The notes under the pieces were generated by a model that made no database searches, was not told the origin of the DNA, and saw only the letters and a program-made list of their open reading frames with translations. Of a stretch of DNA of 64,000 nt, positions 63,410-64,000 are shown one piece after another (positions within the stretch are counted from its first letter, which is position 1; each line of letters starts with the position of its first letter). Origin of the DNA: Schmidtea polychroa (Eukaryota). The position numbers were made by a program, and so were the translations under genes. The DNA is taken from the NCBI GenBank assembly GCA_044892525.1, contig CM097885.1, forward strand, positions 127,100,001 to 127,164,000. The letters run 5' to 3'.

Positions 63410-63638
63410 TAAGTTCGACAGCTGGAGACACAAGTAAATCAGAGTGTCGTCGACCAGGGAAGTCGGACGCAGGCCTTCTATCGGAAGTCCGTGAATCCGC
63501 ACGAATGCTTGCCGACTATAGTATAATAAAGTATGGTCACTTTTCGCTGGCACTCACCCACTTGTTACAGTTCAAACGTTTATCATTCAACGGGTATCAA
63601 GCGGTACCGCATTCTTGTATTTTGGGTTATGCTGGAAA
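63410..63638 (+). repeat. 229-bp direct repeat, right copy (putative TSD)
   Basis: Same length as, and apparently identical to, 56826-57054. Confidence 0.9.
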
Positions 63639-63679
63639 CAGCATGAAAGACCAAAATGCGGATTACCTGTAACCCACCA

Positions 63680-64000
63680 GATAGATTCAAAAACCTCTAA
63701 AGAAGTAGCGAAATTATAAATAAAAATACCTTTGCAATTCATAATAGAACCTTCTAAAGCGAATGAAGTCAACGGAAGATCTGACAGTGTTTTTACTGCC
63801 TTAGCCAAAGAACAATTACCAAATTGCATACTATCGACAAAACGAACAGGCAATTTTTAATATAATATATTAATTATATAAATTTGTTCAGTGCTAGTAG
63901 AGATAACATTCAACTCCCACTATGGAAAATTATCAATACCAAATTTCAAAATATGTTGGGTTACCAACTAGATCAACATTCCGTTATCATCGACAGGGGA
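63680..64000 (-). pseudogene. Polinton-type polB remnant (upstream part)
   Basis: VRFVDSMQFGNCSLAKAVKTL ... KGIFIYNFATSLEVFE; same strand and expected order relative to 55860-56395. Confidence 0.65.

Larger units (their letters stand above)
56700..63679 (+). mobile_element. 3' (U5) fragment of giant-family LTR F, interrupted by the NeSL-like element
   Basis: Ends GTAACCCACCA at 63679 like LTR A; its last ~250 nt are clearly homologous to A U5; 5' end not identifiable, so the left limit is approximate. Confidence 0.7.

Overview
AT-rich animal genomic DNA. The 41-51 nt introns and the style of the giant LTR elements suggest a planarian or other flatworm, but that is inference. There are two host genes: a G-protein beta subunit (minus strand, 5 coding exons at 4343-13429, last exon left of the window, introns filled with DNA-transposon debris) and an intronless CACYBP/SIP ORF (54669-55322). 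Between them lies a ~39 kb nest of related giant LTR elements with TGTTGG...CC(A/C)ACA ends and, where both ends survive, 4-bp TSDs. The centrepiece is a very young 20.4 kb element (25977-46335, minus) with 4.8 kb LTRs, a tRNA-Pro PBS and no pol. It has one 1561-aa ORF fusing Gag to an Env-like membrane protein and a decayed IAP-type RING gene. Both of its LTRs contain a captured, intron-retaining, four-exon MANF/ARMET pseudogene in antisense. At the right end, a NeSL-like RLE non-LTR retrotransposon sits inside the conserved U5 block of a related LTR, flanked by a 229-bp duplication, and this in turn interrupts a Polinton-type polB remnant. All alignments were done by eye; no database searches were run.
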